64,000 bases of DNA from Eledone cirrhosa (taxonomy: Eukaryota): contig OZ024744.1 in the NCBI GenBank assembly GCA_964016885.1, forward strand, positions 87,048,001-87,112,000, in the 5' to 3' direction. A model generated the notes under the pieces. It did not search any database, was not told where the DNA came from, and was given only the letters and a program-made list of their open reading frames with translations. Of this stretch, positions 39,197 through 52,937 are shown one piece after another. The number at the start of each line of letters is the position of its first letter. The first letter of the stretch is position 1. The position numbers and the translations under genes are program-made.

Positions 39197-40918
39197 GAAC
39201 ACAACTAGTTAGGAAATTACAAGTACAATCCATTAATGGAACAGTAAAAATATGTAAAACATTCCAAAATGTTGCATCTAATAACTGCATATACACATGT
39301 ACAGATGCAAAGCATATACACATGCACACATACAACACAAAACATCCACATCCACACATACAATAACATCCATATCTACACATGCAGACATACATTCATA
39401 TCTACCTAGTTGATGTTGTGTCAATTCCAATGAGAGAGTCTTGTGTCTATGTTAGAAACCGACTCTTTCTCTCTATTGGTAAAACTTTGTGAAATTATAA
39501 AACCAGAAGAACATACATATCAGCCAAAAATCATGCATGGATATGTTCCCAGGAAGCTCCAGAGTGAGAGTAATATAGACAAGGAAAGTAGTCTATCTTG
39601 GACCAACAACCGCTATATTGGCTCCCACTTTGAAGGATACGCTTTTGCAATCCAAGAAGAGGAGATTAACACGAAATACCTGATTCACAAAAGAGATAGG
39701 GATGCAGGCAAAACACCTAGATGTGATAACAAGTGTAGACTCTGCAGAACTAACATCGAGGATATCACCCATGTCATTAACAGCTGTCCAAAGATATCAT
39801 CGCTGTACTATCTACCTATGAGGCATGATGTAGTGGCCAAAACACTGTACAATGCAGTTCGTAAAAAAGATAGCCCCGATAATAAACACATTAAAAGCTA
39901 CAGCAATGTGGAAGACATCCATGTACATAATATGAAAGAGTACTGGTGGAATGTTCCAGTAAAAACCCCATTAAAATGCAGGCATGACAGACCAGATATT
40001 ATTATATGGGACAGGGAGAAGAAAGCATGAACAGTAGTGGAAGTTAGCTGCCCAGCAGATGCCAATATAATATCAAAGATTAGCGGAAAGGAGTATATTT
40101 ATGCAGAACTAATAAGAAATCTGCAGATACTCCACCCAGATTACACCTTCAGATTTATACCTGTGATTACTGGGACACTGGGATATGCTAGTAACTGCCT
40201 CAATACAAATCTTGAGAAGCTAGGCTTCACAGGAACAGAAAGAACACAACTAAGTTAGGAAATTACAAGTACAATCCATTAATGGAACAGTAAAAATATG
40301 TAAAACAGTCCAAAAATGTTGCATCTAATAACTGCATATACACATGTACAGATACTAAGCATATAGACATGCACACATACAATAACATCCTTATCTACAC
40401 ATGCATGAATGCAGACATGCATACATATCTACCTAGTTGATGTTGTATAAATTCCAATGTGATATTATTGTAACTATGTTAGAAACCGTCTCTCTCTCTA
40501 TTGGTAAACATTTATAAAATTATAAAACCAGAAGAACATACATACATACATACATACATACATACATACATACATACATACATACATACATACATACATA
40601 CATGACATCTACGGACCATTGATGAGGAGTTTACAAATCCAGTATCCAAGATACACCTTTAGCTTCATACCCATCATTATTGGTGCTACGGGTTATATAC
40701 CAACCCGCTTGGACCAAAGTATGACTGAACTTGGATTTGCGGACAAAAAGCGCAGCTCCCTAATTCATAGTCTACAAATGGCTGCGATAGCTGGCACCTT
40801 CAAAATTTGCAAAACATTCTTGTGATTCAAGGGATGACAATTTCTTTTCTTTTACAACCTTGCCACCAGGAAGGTGGCCGGTCAAAAAAATATACTCGAA
40901 ATTAAGAGAAAGAGAAAA
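39197..40918 (+). mobile_element. Three stacked 5'-truncated R4/Dong-like (RLE) non-LTR retrotransposon 3' ends in (CATA)n: 39197-39511, 39520-40536, 40603-40918
   Basis: EGYAFAIQEEEINTKY, CRLC..H..C zinc motif, RHD, RPDI..D, EVSCP..K..Y (PD-(D/E)xK nuclease). The first two share a 3' UTR ending 'aaaccagaagaa'; each copy is bordered by CATA repeats. Confidence 0.85.
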
Positions 40919-40960
40919 CATACATATATATATACATACATACATACATACATACATACA

Positions 40961-41865
40961 TGAGGATTGCAGCGTCTTCACGGACGATTGTCGTCACTTA
41001 TTTATTCTTCATTGCCATCCTATCTGCGTCCATGACGTTATAGACCAGCTGTAGATATAGAAGGTTTACGACACAGGTGACAGAAGAGAGCTGTGCTTTC
41101 CGGTGGGGACACACTGTGGGACACTATCTTTATGCTCCACCATGTGTTTCTTTGTACTGTGTTACATATCACGCACGTTGTTTCGCCAGGTCTTTGTTGA
41201 ATGGTGTTGCGGGTGGTTATTCTGTCATGTGACTTCAGGCGATTAACATAACCAGTCTTTGAAAGGAGTACACGCTGACAGAATTTGCATGTCCACTTAC
41301 TGATGACTACATCAAGACTGTGAGTATAGCCCTTCCGGAGCTGACGCTTCAGTTGTTTATGTTCTAAACGAAACTCCTCAAAATTTTGCATCTGCCCTTT
41401 ATGCGTTTTCTCCACTCAACCTTATTTAGAGCTATCTCCTCCCAGTTCTCTATATCAAATGCCAGCTCTTTGGGGTTGTTGTTGATGCTGTCCTTGTACC
41501 TCATTTTCGGTTTGTGTTGAGGAGTTTTTCCAAAATGGAGCTCACCGTAAAACAGTTGCTTCGGGATCCTGTTTTCTGTCATGCGGTCGATATGTCCTGC
41601 CCAGAGCATTTGAGAAGATGTTACTTGCGACTCAATGCTTGGACATTCTAATTTGACAAGGATATTGAAGTCAGGAGTTCTGTCTTGCCACTTCATGTTG
41701 AATATACATCTTAGACATTTCTGCTGAAAGCGCTCAAGCAATTTGGTGTGTTTGTGGAACAGCGTCCAGGTTTCGGCAGAGTTTAAAAGAACAGACGGAA
41801 CATATGATCTATACACACACACCTTGGTATTGTTGGTAATGTTGCGATATGCATCCACGGAGCCA
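40961..41865 (-). mobile_element. RTE-clade LINE 3' fragment with C2H2-like C-terminus
   Basis: AETW..LERFQQKCLR..WAGH..RIPKQLFYGEL..PKMRYKD; CKFC..H downstream. Confidence 0.8.
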
Positions 41866-42776
41866 CATACATGCAAACATATATATATATATATGCATAT
41901 AATTATACCAGATTTGTGTCTGTCGCGCTAAAGCTTACCTTTATATCGAGGTAGCCATCAGCCTAAAAGATGGACAACTGTGTAGAAAGCCTGTGTTCTG
42001 CTGTTCATCAGTTTCATGGCATATTTTGAAACAGCTATTGCTATCAACAGTACCGAAATGTGTGAATGGTCTCATACAATCTATTACCGCTTTAAACAAA
42101 TTATTGTGTGGGTAGCTCAAAAGATTTACTCACGCTGCTTTCTATGAATTTCATCCTGAAAAGTATATTTTTCGACGCTAAATACATTTTCTGCTTAATA
42201 TGTTGTGTGTGGAGCGTGCAGGCTGTTTTATATAGGCAGAGCACGTTTAGTGATGCACAAAAGGCAGACACACTAATGAGAAGTAAAAAAAAAAAGTAGT
42301 TTTGTGGCCAACATACACACATACACACATATATATATATATATACATACATGCATACATACATACATATGTGAGAGTGTGTTTGCTTACGTGCATGTGT
42401 ATATAGAAAAAAAAAGGAGAACGAGAGAGCAGGGAAGAGAATATTAGATAAATATTAACCAGATAGAAAGATAGGGTGTGCACACATAAATGCAGATACT
42501 CCTTCCACCTTACGTGTTGGATCATGCGTGCAAGTTCTCTGCTTGGAACATGAGTGTGAAGAAGTATGCAATTGTGCATTGTGTATTGAATTGAATAACA
42601 ATTTTCGTGCAATATAACACCGCATTTATATGAACATTTTGCATCTTGAAAGATATATATAATATATTATTCAATGTGTGAAAAGTGAAAACCAGTCTTT
42701 CTTTATCCTTCTGCCTTTCACGTCCTCTCTTTGCCTCTCGCTATCCCTCTCTGTTCCTCTCTCACTTTTTCTCTTG

Positions 42777-42826
<50 letters not shown>

Positions 42827-42889
42827 GCACACACACATACACACACACACACACACACATACATATATATATTTGAGTGTGTGTGTGTG

Positions 42890-42928
<39 letters not shown>

Positions 42929-44095
42929 GCGTGTGTGTGAGTGCGTATTCTTATGCAGATAATTTTGGTGAATATTGCTTTTAAATTAGTTATCACTTCA
43001 TATATTCTGTAATTAATTATACACACATACTCACTCACATGCACACACGCACTCATATACACACACATACACACCTATATATATATATATATATATATAC
43101 ATATATGTACAGAGAGGGAGAGAGAGAAAGAGAGAGAGAGGGAGAGAGAGAGATGTAGGTATGTGTGAGAATTTCTATGAAAACATATAATGATATGAGT
43201 ACATATGTCTTTATGTGTGTATATTTGTTTTCGGAGTAAGAGTATGGGTGACAAAATCCCCCTATTTTTCAATTCGTTCACTGTGTGAAACCATGGTATC
43301 GATTTTTATATATTTACTACACATCGCTAGCGTAGCCTATTTAGTCACGGCAACCTTCCGAAAATATATCTTACACTCTGCACCCATGTATTGAGTACAT
43401 ATTTTGTTAACGCTTGCCCATTCTATCTACACTGTTATATATATACAAATATAAATATATACGAATGGGTACATATACCCCATATATACATGTGGTTACT
43501 TGTCACTGATATACAGGAATTTATCCATCGTTAAATTTGTAAATATATAAATATATATATATATAATATATATATATATATTGACTGATTAATCGCTTAA
43601 GTTTATTTTAAAAACAACTCGGTCGAGAGCTAAATTCGTTTTGTGCTGTTTTTGAAAATTTTTGTAATAACTACACATGCTGAATTCACTGACCAAAATA
43701 GGGGTTTTCTCCCCTTAGAACCTCACATGTGTTTTCATTACCTGTGAGATTCTGGCGTACGAAGAGCAAAATGCCTGTTGAGAAAGCGATGCCTTGTTCG
43801 ATCATTATACCAAAAGGTTATTTTTTATAGGCCGACAGTATTATTGATTTAGGTGTTGCAGAAACCCAAATATCGGAGTATTCCATCTTCCCGAGGGTCC
43901 GGGTAACTATGTCAATCATATTTTATTTTGTTTGACTCGTTTAGCTTGTTCGCTTTTTTTAACCATCGGCTCATTTTGTATGACCATTTTAACTTATGTT
44001 TATAGCTCTGGTATCTTCATATCCATGGAGCGCTTGTCTGCACAACACAGAAGTTGCGTTTCGCCAATTTTTTTTCTACCCGCTAAATTTATATT

Positions 44096-44140
<45 letters not shown>

Positions 44141-44429
44141 GCAATAGGCAAACAGAAATAACAATGCGAACGACACAGTACAATGAAGAAATATATTATT
44201 AGTTTTGCGCTTGATATAGTAGAAAAAGGGTCTTAACGTTAGTCCTTAGACTGAGAATGAGAAATCAAAAAAGAACTAGAAAGATAGAGCAGAGGAGCGG
44301 TGGCAGACACGAAAAGGATTCTTACAGAAAAAAAAAGGTTCATCATATCGCCATCTCTTGGAAAACTGTTGATTCTGGCATTATGGTACAAGTTCATCTT
44401 GATTTAAAAGGGCGTTGATCGAACACGTC

Positions 44430-44758
44430 TAACTGAAACGATAGGTCGGTAAGAATTATCGGGTTTATGTATCTTGGAGAGAAAGGAGATGGTGGGAGCC
44501 TACTATAGGATTAGTAGCAGACAGGGTAAGAGAGACGAGATGAGTTAGTTAATGGTGGAAGACACGAATTGTTAATAGCCTGGGATGAGGTCAGAGGATA
44601 AAAGCCAGTAATATTGGGTGTGGTGAAGTTGGAAGACGGCTTCTGTCCTGTAGAGGTCTGCCTGTTACAAAACCAGAGCATCATCACCTTTATCAGCAGG
44701 TTTGATGACAATGTTATCTCGGTGCTGTAGGCTGCACAGAGCGGAGAGTTCAACCTGA

Positions 44759-44760
<2 letters not shown>
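44430..44760 (-). pseudogene. Penelope-like (Neptune-type) reverse transcriptase fragment
   Basis: 'NIVIKPADKG' and downstream 'FLSKIHKPDNSYRPIVS', characteristic of the N-terminal part of PLE RT. Confidence 0.75.
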
Positions 44761-44820
<60 letters not shown>

Positions 44821-44824
<4 letters not shown>

Positions 44825-45188
44825 CGGGTAAAATTCCCGAGATCCATGGACGAGTTCTCTCCAGCGGTCTCTGTCCCTCATTATCGCTGCCATGTCCTGC
44901 ATCTCCAACAGACCAGTGTCTGTCCTTCCTTAGGGCATCAACATACGTTAACCTTGGTCTTCCTCTTCTAGTGTGTCCATGTAGGGGCTCCCAAAGGAGT
45001 ACTGAGTGCAATGTCAACTCTGGATGTCGGTGAGCATGTCCAGCTAACCTCAGTCTCCTCTGTGTCACTTTTAAGCTGACATTTGGGATGCTCCCATACA
45101 GCTCTGAGTTTTTCATCCTCAGTGTATACTGATTAATGTTCACAGCCATCCTCAGCATTCTCGTGTAGCACCCATCCACCATCTGAGT
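44821..45188 (-). mobile_element. RTE-clade 3' fragment, same family as 45575-47460
   Basis: MVDGCYTRMLRMAVN..QRRLRLAGH..LLWEP..RGRP; (TA)n on both sides. Confidence 0.85.
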
Positions 45189-45268
45189 GTATATATATAT
45201 GTGTATATATATGTGTATATATATATCCGTCGAAACGTTGAGGGCTCAGCATTAATCGGCCACTAACT

Positions 45269-45322
<54 letters not shown>

Positions 45323-45574
45323 GTATACATATTAATATCGATGGTGTACTAGAACATTCAGCGCTTTGCATTTGTCATGTGGATGAAAGAATCAACCACA
45401 TCCTGGCTTATTTTGAGACTAGTAACAACACATCCACAGAGAACCTCGGAGAGTAATAAAATAAAGTTCTGGTGAGAGGAAGAGGAGGGACGTGGTGTAC
45501 ATCCAAGGTGAAGACTGCCTTGTTACAACGAGGGACCACATTCACAAACTCCTCTCTGCTGAAAATTATTGTGA

Positions 45575-46158
45575 GTCAGACGTAGCGATTGACCCAGTGT
45601 TTGAAGTCTATCCAAAGATGTATCTCTAAAGTATCCATAGAATAATTGGACAATGCGCTAAATGCAATGAAAACATGAAAAGCTGCTGAGCTTGATACCC
45701 TTACAATAGACCTATATAGATTTCTGCATTGAAACCTTTGAAGGCGACAGGCATGAAGAATGGGCAATACTAGGAATAGTGCCAATATCCAAGAAAGGTA
45801 ACTTCACCATCTGCACCAACTAAAGAGGCTGTAACAATGCCGAAAATATTATAAAATAATGTACAAGTTTTCAAGTAAATTGGTTCAGGCATGGCTGCAA
45901 TATATTGTTTAACCTTTGTAATAGATCGTTTGGGTCACTCTGTGTATATATATATATATATATATATGAAAAAGTATGACCCCTACGGCAGAGCTCAAGC
46001 CGTTCCGACGGCTATTTCTGGACTAGAAATAGCCTTCGAAACGGCTTGAGCTCTGCCGTTGGGGGTCATACTTTTTCCTATCACCCACTCTACTACCCTC
46101 AGTATTGAGTACTTTGTTGCGTTATGGTCCATCTGGTTCCTTACCACAATTCCTTCGT

Positions 46159-46223
<65 letters not shown>

Positions 46224-47460
46224 TCACTGACGTCACTTGTGGCAAAGACCCTCAACAGGATGATTCTTAACATGATCCAGGCTGAGATGGAGAAGAAGCT
46301 CAGGGACAACCAGAACGGAAGATCAACCACCAGTCACATCCTGATGCTGAGGAGGATATTAGAGGGAGCTAGAGCAAAGTGCCTTTCTGCGGTCATGGTT
46401 TTCATTGACTTTAGGAAGGCTTTTGATTCTGTGGACCGTCACTGCCTGATGAAGATCTTACAGACTTATGGAATCCCCAAGAAGGTAGTGGATCTGATAT
46501 CACTGCTCTACACCAACACCAAAGCCCAGGTCATTACACCTGATTGGATGAAAGAGTTCTTTGAGATACTGGCTGGAGTGTTCCAGGGAGATACATTGGT
46601 TCCCTACCTTTTTATCATCGTACTAGACTATTGTATGCGCCTTGCACTGGAGAAACACCAGGACTCTGGCTTTACTGTAGCACCGGCTCAGAGCAGGACA
46701 GTTAAAGCGAAAGAGATATCAGATGCTGAATTTACCGACGACATAGTTTTGGTGACAAATACAGTGAGGGAGGCAGAGGATTTGATGCAGGAGGTTGAAA
46801 CTGTGTCGATGAGTGTGGGGCTGAGAATGAATGAGGCTAAAACAAAATATCTGGTAGAGAATGTTGAGAAGCCAGAGGGGATCACTAATGTAGGCGGGAA
46901 GCCGCTAGAATTGGTTGAGGACTTCCTGTATTTGGGAGCAAAGATTGGGAATAGGGAAGATTATGGGGTTGAGAGAAATAGCAAAGCCTGAGCGGCGTGC
47001 CACAGCTTGAGATCGGTGGGGAAGTCAGACCTTCGTAAAGACCTGAAAATCTGCCTCTTCATTGCTGTAGTGGAGTCTGTGCTGCTGTACGGGTCTGAGA
47101 CTTGGACACTGACCAAGAAACTAACTCATATGGTGGATGGGTGCTACACGAGAATGCTGAGGATGGCTGTGAACATTAATCAGTATACACTGAGGATGAA
47201 AAACTCAGAGCTGTATGGGAACCTCCCAAAAGTCAGCTCAAAAGTGACACAGAGGAGACTGAGATTAGCTGGACATGCTCACCGACATCCAGAGTTGACG
47301 TTGCCCTCAGTGCTCCTGTGGGAGCCCCTGCATGGACACACTGGAAGAGAAAGAAGAAGGTTAACGTACGTTGATGCCCTAAGGGCAGACACTGGTCTGT
47401 TGGAGATGCAGGATAGGGCAGTGATAATGAGGGACAGAGACCGCTAGAGAAAACTCGTCC
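45575..47460 (+). mobile_element. Decayed RTE-clade LINE RT region, interrupted at ~45830-46222
   Basis: EEW..IVPISKKG..N*RG | SLTSLVAK.., FIDFRKAFDSV, GVFQGDTL, FTDD, FLYLG, LLYGSETW. Confidence 0.9.
45968..46160 (+). mobile_element. Hairpin-headed element (family HP) inside the RTE
   Basis: Stem 45968-46078 plus the family tail; (TA)n flanks. Confidence 0.85.
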
Positions 47461-47494
<34 letters not shown>

Positions 47495-47495
<1 letters not shown>

Positions 47496-47710
47496 AAGGC
47501 GTGTATCTGAGTGGTTAGAGAACTGGATTCGCAATCGTGATGTTGTGAGTTCGATTCCTGGACCGGGCGATGCGTTATGTCCTTGAGCAAGACACTTTAT
47601 TTCACGTTGCTCCTTCTACCTGGAGTTGCGACCGATAGATAGTATTAGCAATTGGAAAGACCAATGGAAACACTGTTTCCTCGGTCCGATGTGACGAAAG
47701 TCGATCGTTA
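47495..47710 (+). mobile_element. tRNA-derived SINE family 2 (CORE-like); other copies ~56728-56838 (-), ~57685-57885 (-), ~59062-59255 (+)
   Basis: A-box-like 'agtggttaga', B-box 'gttcgattcc', CORE-like 'tgtccttgagcaagacactt'. Confidence 0.75.
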
Positions 47711-48354
47711 GAAAAAAAAATATATATATATATATAATAAAGGTTTAGACCGATAAGCAGAGATTTCGATATCTCGTTGTTTACAATTTACTCAACAAAT
47801 TCGTTTGGAGCACACGCATAGGATTAAGTGTAAGACACCATCCCCAGCCAGAAGCCAAAGCTATGAAAGCTGTGTAATTATTAAAACGAAATATCAATAT
47901 ATGAAAATGTTAAATTATTCCTAATTTCTTCTTTGGCACACAAAAATCCGCCGGGATACAAAACTTCACATCTAAACTAGTACAGTACTGTTCCAAATTC
48001 CGTGGAGGATCCGCTGGTCATCGATTAGTAGTAAATCCATAAGGATTCGAAGTCAATGCTGCACCCAACATTTTTTATTTGGATATTACAATCGTTTTAA
48101 TATCACTCAACCCGTGGTACAATTATAGTGACCGGGATCCGAATCTGCTTCGACATCTCATCAGATATGCGAGTTTATATGTGCAAAAACGCATTCAAGT
48201 ATATATGTATATATATACACACACACACACATGTAAATATATATGTGTGTTTGTGTGTGTGTGAGCGTGTGTGTGTGTGCGTGTATGTGTGTGTGTGTGT
48301 GTGCGTGTGTGTGTGTGCGCGCGTAGGTGTCTGTGTGTGTGTGTGTGTGTGTGT

Positions 48355-48406
<52 letters not shown>

Positions 48407-48659
48407 ATGTGTGTGCGTGTTAATATACATATACATGTATCATAAGCCATTTCACGGTCTATACATTTTTGAAGACAAATCCACCAAGAATTTCATTGCT
48501 GAATGTCAAACAAGTTTCCAACGAATACATCGTTAAGATTGATATATGCTAAATCTTTCAGATATCCTTGGCTCGATAATCAATTTGAAGTTTCTGTTTA
48601 ATTTATTGGTATTTCCATCGGACATCCCAACCTTACTATCACTTTATCTACTTCATCTC

Positions 48660-49340
48660 TTCTTAGACTTCGGTTCTTCCGTACCTTATGGCATCGGGCA
48701 GTAAGTGTCGCCCACGATCACGATCAGTGGCGGCTTTTTCGCGTCCGTGCCAAAGTGATGTTGGCTGCCATCAGGTCATTTTGGAACGTTCTTCGCCAGA
48801 TGATACTGGGGCGAGCCCGCTTCCGTTTGCCACAAGATCATCGTTGTTTTCGAGCATCCTTCTTTAGGCAGGCGCAGAATATGGCCAGCCAGGCGGCTCC
48901 AGTGCTCCATGACCACCCACTTCAGGGTCCACGACTCGGCTCCCCGCAGGACTTCCTCGTTTCACATTCAGTGGTGCCAGGACACACGACGGATCCTTTG
49001 CAGACACTGATGGTGGAATGTGTTCAGCCGTCTCTCCATCTGTGCCATGCTCTTCCTGGTTTCGCTCGTATAAAGTACTGTCGGCAACACGATGCTCTTG
49101 TACAGGCGCAGCTTGATCCTGGTGCTGATGCATGAAGACGACCAGACTGGGCACAACCACGGGAAAACTGCGGCCCCTTTGCCGATCCGACAGTTGATAT
49201 CGAGCTCCACGTCGCCATTGTTTGCCAAGATGCTGTCGAGACAGGTAGTCTTGATGTTGACCCTAATCACTGGACCTGTGTTGTTGACTGTCCTCATCAC
49301 CTTGGTCTTTTCCGCACTCTTTTCCGCACTCTCTTCTTCA
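48660..49340 (-). mobile_element. Decayed RTE-clade LINE 3' fragment
   Basis: DINCRIGKG..KLRLYKSIVLPTVLYTSET..LNTFHHQCLQRI. Confidence 0.75.
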
Positions 49341-50352
49341 ACAATTAGTAAATTCCACGCCTTCCTCCACTTTAACTACTCGCTCACAATGGTTGGATAC
49401 TTCTTGGCAGATTCACTGAGCAAACAAGACCTTCGACTTGACACTGCATCGTTAACGACTCCTCATTACTACTCAGTAGATCATGCCATATGCTACTGCG
49501 ATTGTTGTTGTTTTTTATTATTTATTTCGTGTTGCACAGGGAATCCTTCACCTACCATCTCCCATGAGAACAGGAAGTAATTTTTGGCCTTGAATCTTCC
49601 CAGTAAAGTAGATTAGACATTCGACTTTTTTTCTGGGAAACCTTTTGTTTCTTACACAAATACTCATGATATACATTAAAAAACATATACTGCCATACTA
49701 AATTATCATGATTGAACAAACATATACACACATGTTTCCACATCTACTTAATCTACTAAGCAACATACGCATAGACATTAAATACTAACCATATATGGAT
49801 AAACAGCATTATTCGCAAACGAAAACATACATAGACAGGCATAATGAAATGAACACTCACACGTAGCATACTCACAAAATAAACACATGTAGACAGACAC
49901 AATTATACTGCGTCTGAGAAAATCAGCTACAGGTCAGATTTTATAAGCCTCGAGGATTTTCTTCCTTTTGTTAGATTTATTTATATATTTTTGTTCATTT
50001 TCATATTTTTGTTTTAATGTTTCTTTTTTAAGTTACCTTCATGTTTAACACATAGGAGCAGGTAATAGCAGTTTAATATATTCTGAAATTATTTAGTTGT
50101 ATTTTTGTGTTTTAATATATCTAGATTTATCCATGGCTTCGTACCTATGGTTCTATTGTATACTTGATATTTCTGCTTTGAGTTTGTGGCTCTTGTGCCT
50201 TCAGCTTCAGATCATTTAGTTTTTTTAATTCATGTTATTTCTCTCCACTCGTATTCTATTTTGTTATCTGTAATACACACACACACACACACACATATAT
50301 GTATACACACACACACACATATATATGTACACACACACACACACATATATAT

Positions 50353-50397
<45 letters not shown>

Positions 50398-50417
50398 CAT
50401 TTACATATATATATATA

Positions 50418-51352
50418 CAAGGACCCTCATAGAAATGGACATGAAATGGATTTAACCAATGCACATGGGCAAATCATGGAATAGCATAGATAGGAATACT
50501 TCATGGTACGACAACCAGAGATACCAAAGTGTCATGTTCGTGGATGCAACCCCTGGAGAGTAATAAGCTAACCAATTTAGAAATGCCCTAAGAAAGACGC
50601 ATCTAAAGATGAAAGTGGTAGAAAAGCCAGAAACTACCATAAAATCCCTAATCAGCAAGACATACCCTTTTAAGAAAACCCACTGTACGAATAAGAAATG
50701 TATTATATGTAGAATATATCCACAAATAAATTGTAAAACTGGAAATGTAGTCTATAGCGTAAGATGTACAGAGGGTACTTGCAGAAACATGACAACGACA
50801 TACACAGGTGAGACAACTCGAAGCATAGGAGAAAGAATAGAGCAACACTGAGGGAGAGGTACTAAAATGACAAAAAGATGGTTCGGTACTATAAGAACAA
50901 GCTAGAGAAAAACATGATGGTAATAAAGACAACATAGAAATTAAAATAATATCTAAACATAGAAATGATTCAAAAGGTAGACAAATCAGAGAAGCAACTG
51001 AAATAGAACTAAGAAAACAAAAGTTGAACAGAAAAAATGAATGGAATAACAACAGCAACCATACACAAACACACAATACTGACCTAAGATAAATATAAAT
51101 AAATATACACAGATAAAATAACAACAACCACACATAAACACACACTAGTGAACAAAGATAGAATACAAACACACACAGATTCAGACAGGAACACACACCA
51201 AACAGAAAACTCACACGCAAAACGCGTGCGTAAACTGAGACAAGAATAAATTAACAAATAAAGATGGCGTAGACATTACAATACAACGGGAGGAAACATA
51301 ATAGTACCACTAATGATGTCACAGGTGTGTGATGAAAGAACTTTGATAGACT
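50418..51352 (+). mobile_element. 5'-truncated Penelope-like element: C-terminal GIY-YIG endonuclease remnant, 3' UTR and hammerhead
   Basis: PF..C....C..C....NCKTGNVVYSVRC...C....YTGETTRSIGERIEQH; ends in tacca-CTAATGA-tgtcaca..tgtgat-GAAAG-aa-CTT|tgata (51305-51348); (TA)n on both sides. Confidence 0.8.
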
Positions 51353-51674
51353 ATATATATATACACTCACGCACATCGGAGTTTTTTCACCTTCCTCTTC
51401 CTTCCTTTTTCACGCACACATACATTCACGCAGGCAGCAGATGTAAAGAGAGAGGAGTAGTATGAGGTAGTCAAACTACTCCTCTCTCTTTATGTGTCGT
51501 GACAGAATCGCAGAAATTTATATATAGATTACTATTAACAATCATTGACTCACGTAAAGCAAAAGAACAACTAACCAGAACACACACACACACACACATA
51601 TATATATGTATGTATATGTATGTATATATATATATATGTGTGTGTGTCCATATATATATATGTATGTATGTATA

Positions 51675-51753
<79 letters not shown>

Positions 51754-51786
51754 TCACCCACACTCACACACACACACACACACACT

Positions 51787-51873
<87 letters not shown>

Positions 51874-52003
51874 AGAAGTTATATTTAATTTGTTGGGATA
51901 CAACAAGCAAATATTTTTATAACTAATATAAAGCACTCAACAAATTTTTGGAGTAAAAATACAATATATTAACAAATGGAAACTATATTTATAAAACCAT
52001 ATT

Positions 52004-52068
52004 TATTTCATTATACATATTTCAAGGGCAACAAAGCAAATTATGGTGCGCTTTCATCAGATAAAATA
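52004..52068 (-). ncRNA. Type-I hammerhead motif (family D; element ~51872-52143)
   Basis: Minus strand: tattttat-CTGATGA-aagcgcacca..tgttgccctt-GAAA-tatgta-TA|atgaaata, with an 8-bp stem I. Confidence 0.75.
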
Positions 52069-52182
52069 TAATATAGATCAGTTTTATAAACAAATATTGA
52101 CATACCCTTAAAGAATGCGACTATGTCGGTTGGAAGCTCCCGATATATATATAAACAATTTTCGCTCTACATGGCTGAATAC

Positions 52183-52510
52183 AATAAATGTAATCTGAGT
52201 TTTTCGAATATTAATAATAATATTCGATTCGCTTTCAATTATGCAAACAAGTCTGCTAATATGCAGATCAGTCCAGTCAGACACTATATATTTTAGAAAA
52301 TAGCATATATTTTTCACTAGATCTTACAGTTGAAAGGTCAACTGTGAACTGTACAGAAACATTAGTATCTGCAGTTCTGTTTACATGCCAACACAAGAAC
52401 AAGATTGAAGGGCTCATTCTACTGACATGGCTTTAAAAATGAGGATTGTTTGCATAAGTGCGAACGAAGCGATTATTATTAATATTCGAAAAACTCAGAT
52501 TACATTTATA
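52183..52510. repeat. Imperfect ~75-bp inverted repeat with ~170-bp spacer, TA-flanked
   Basis: 'ataaatgtaatctgagtttttcgaatattaataataat..ttatgcaaacaa' versus 'ttgtttgcataa..attattattaatattcgaaaaactcagattacatttat'. Confidence 0.75.
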
Positions 52511-52539
52511 TATATATATATATATGTGTGTTTGTATGT

Positions 52540-52890
<351 letters not shown>

Positions 52891-52937
52891 TTTAGATAAT
52901 AATAACAAGGATATATATATATATATTTATATATATA

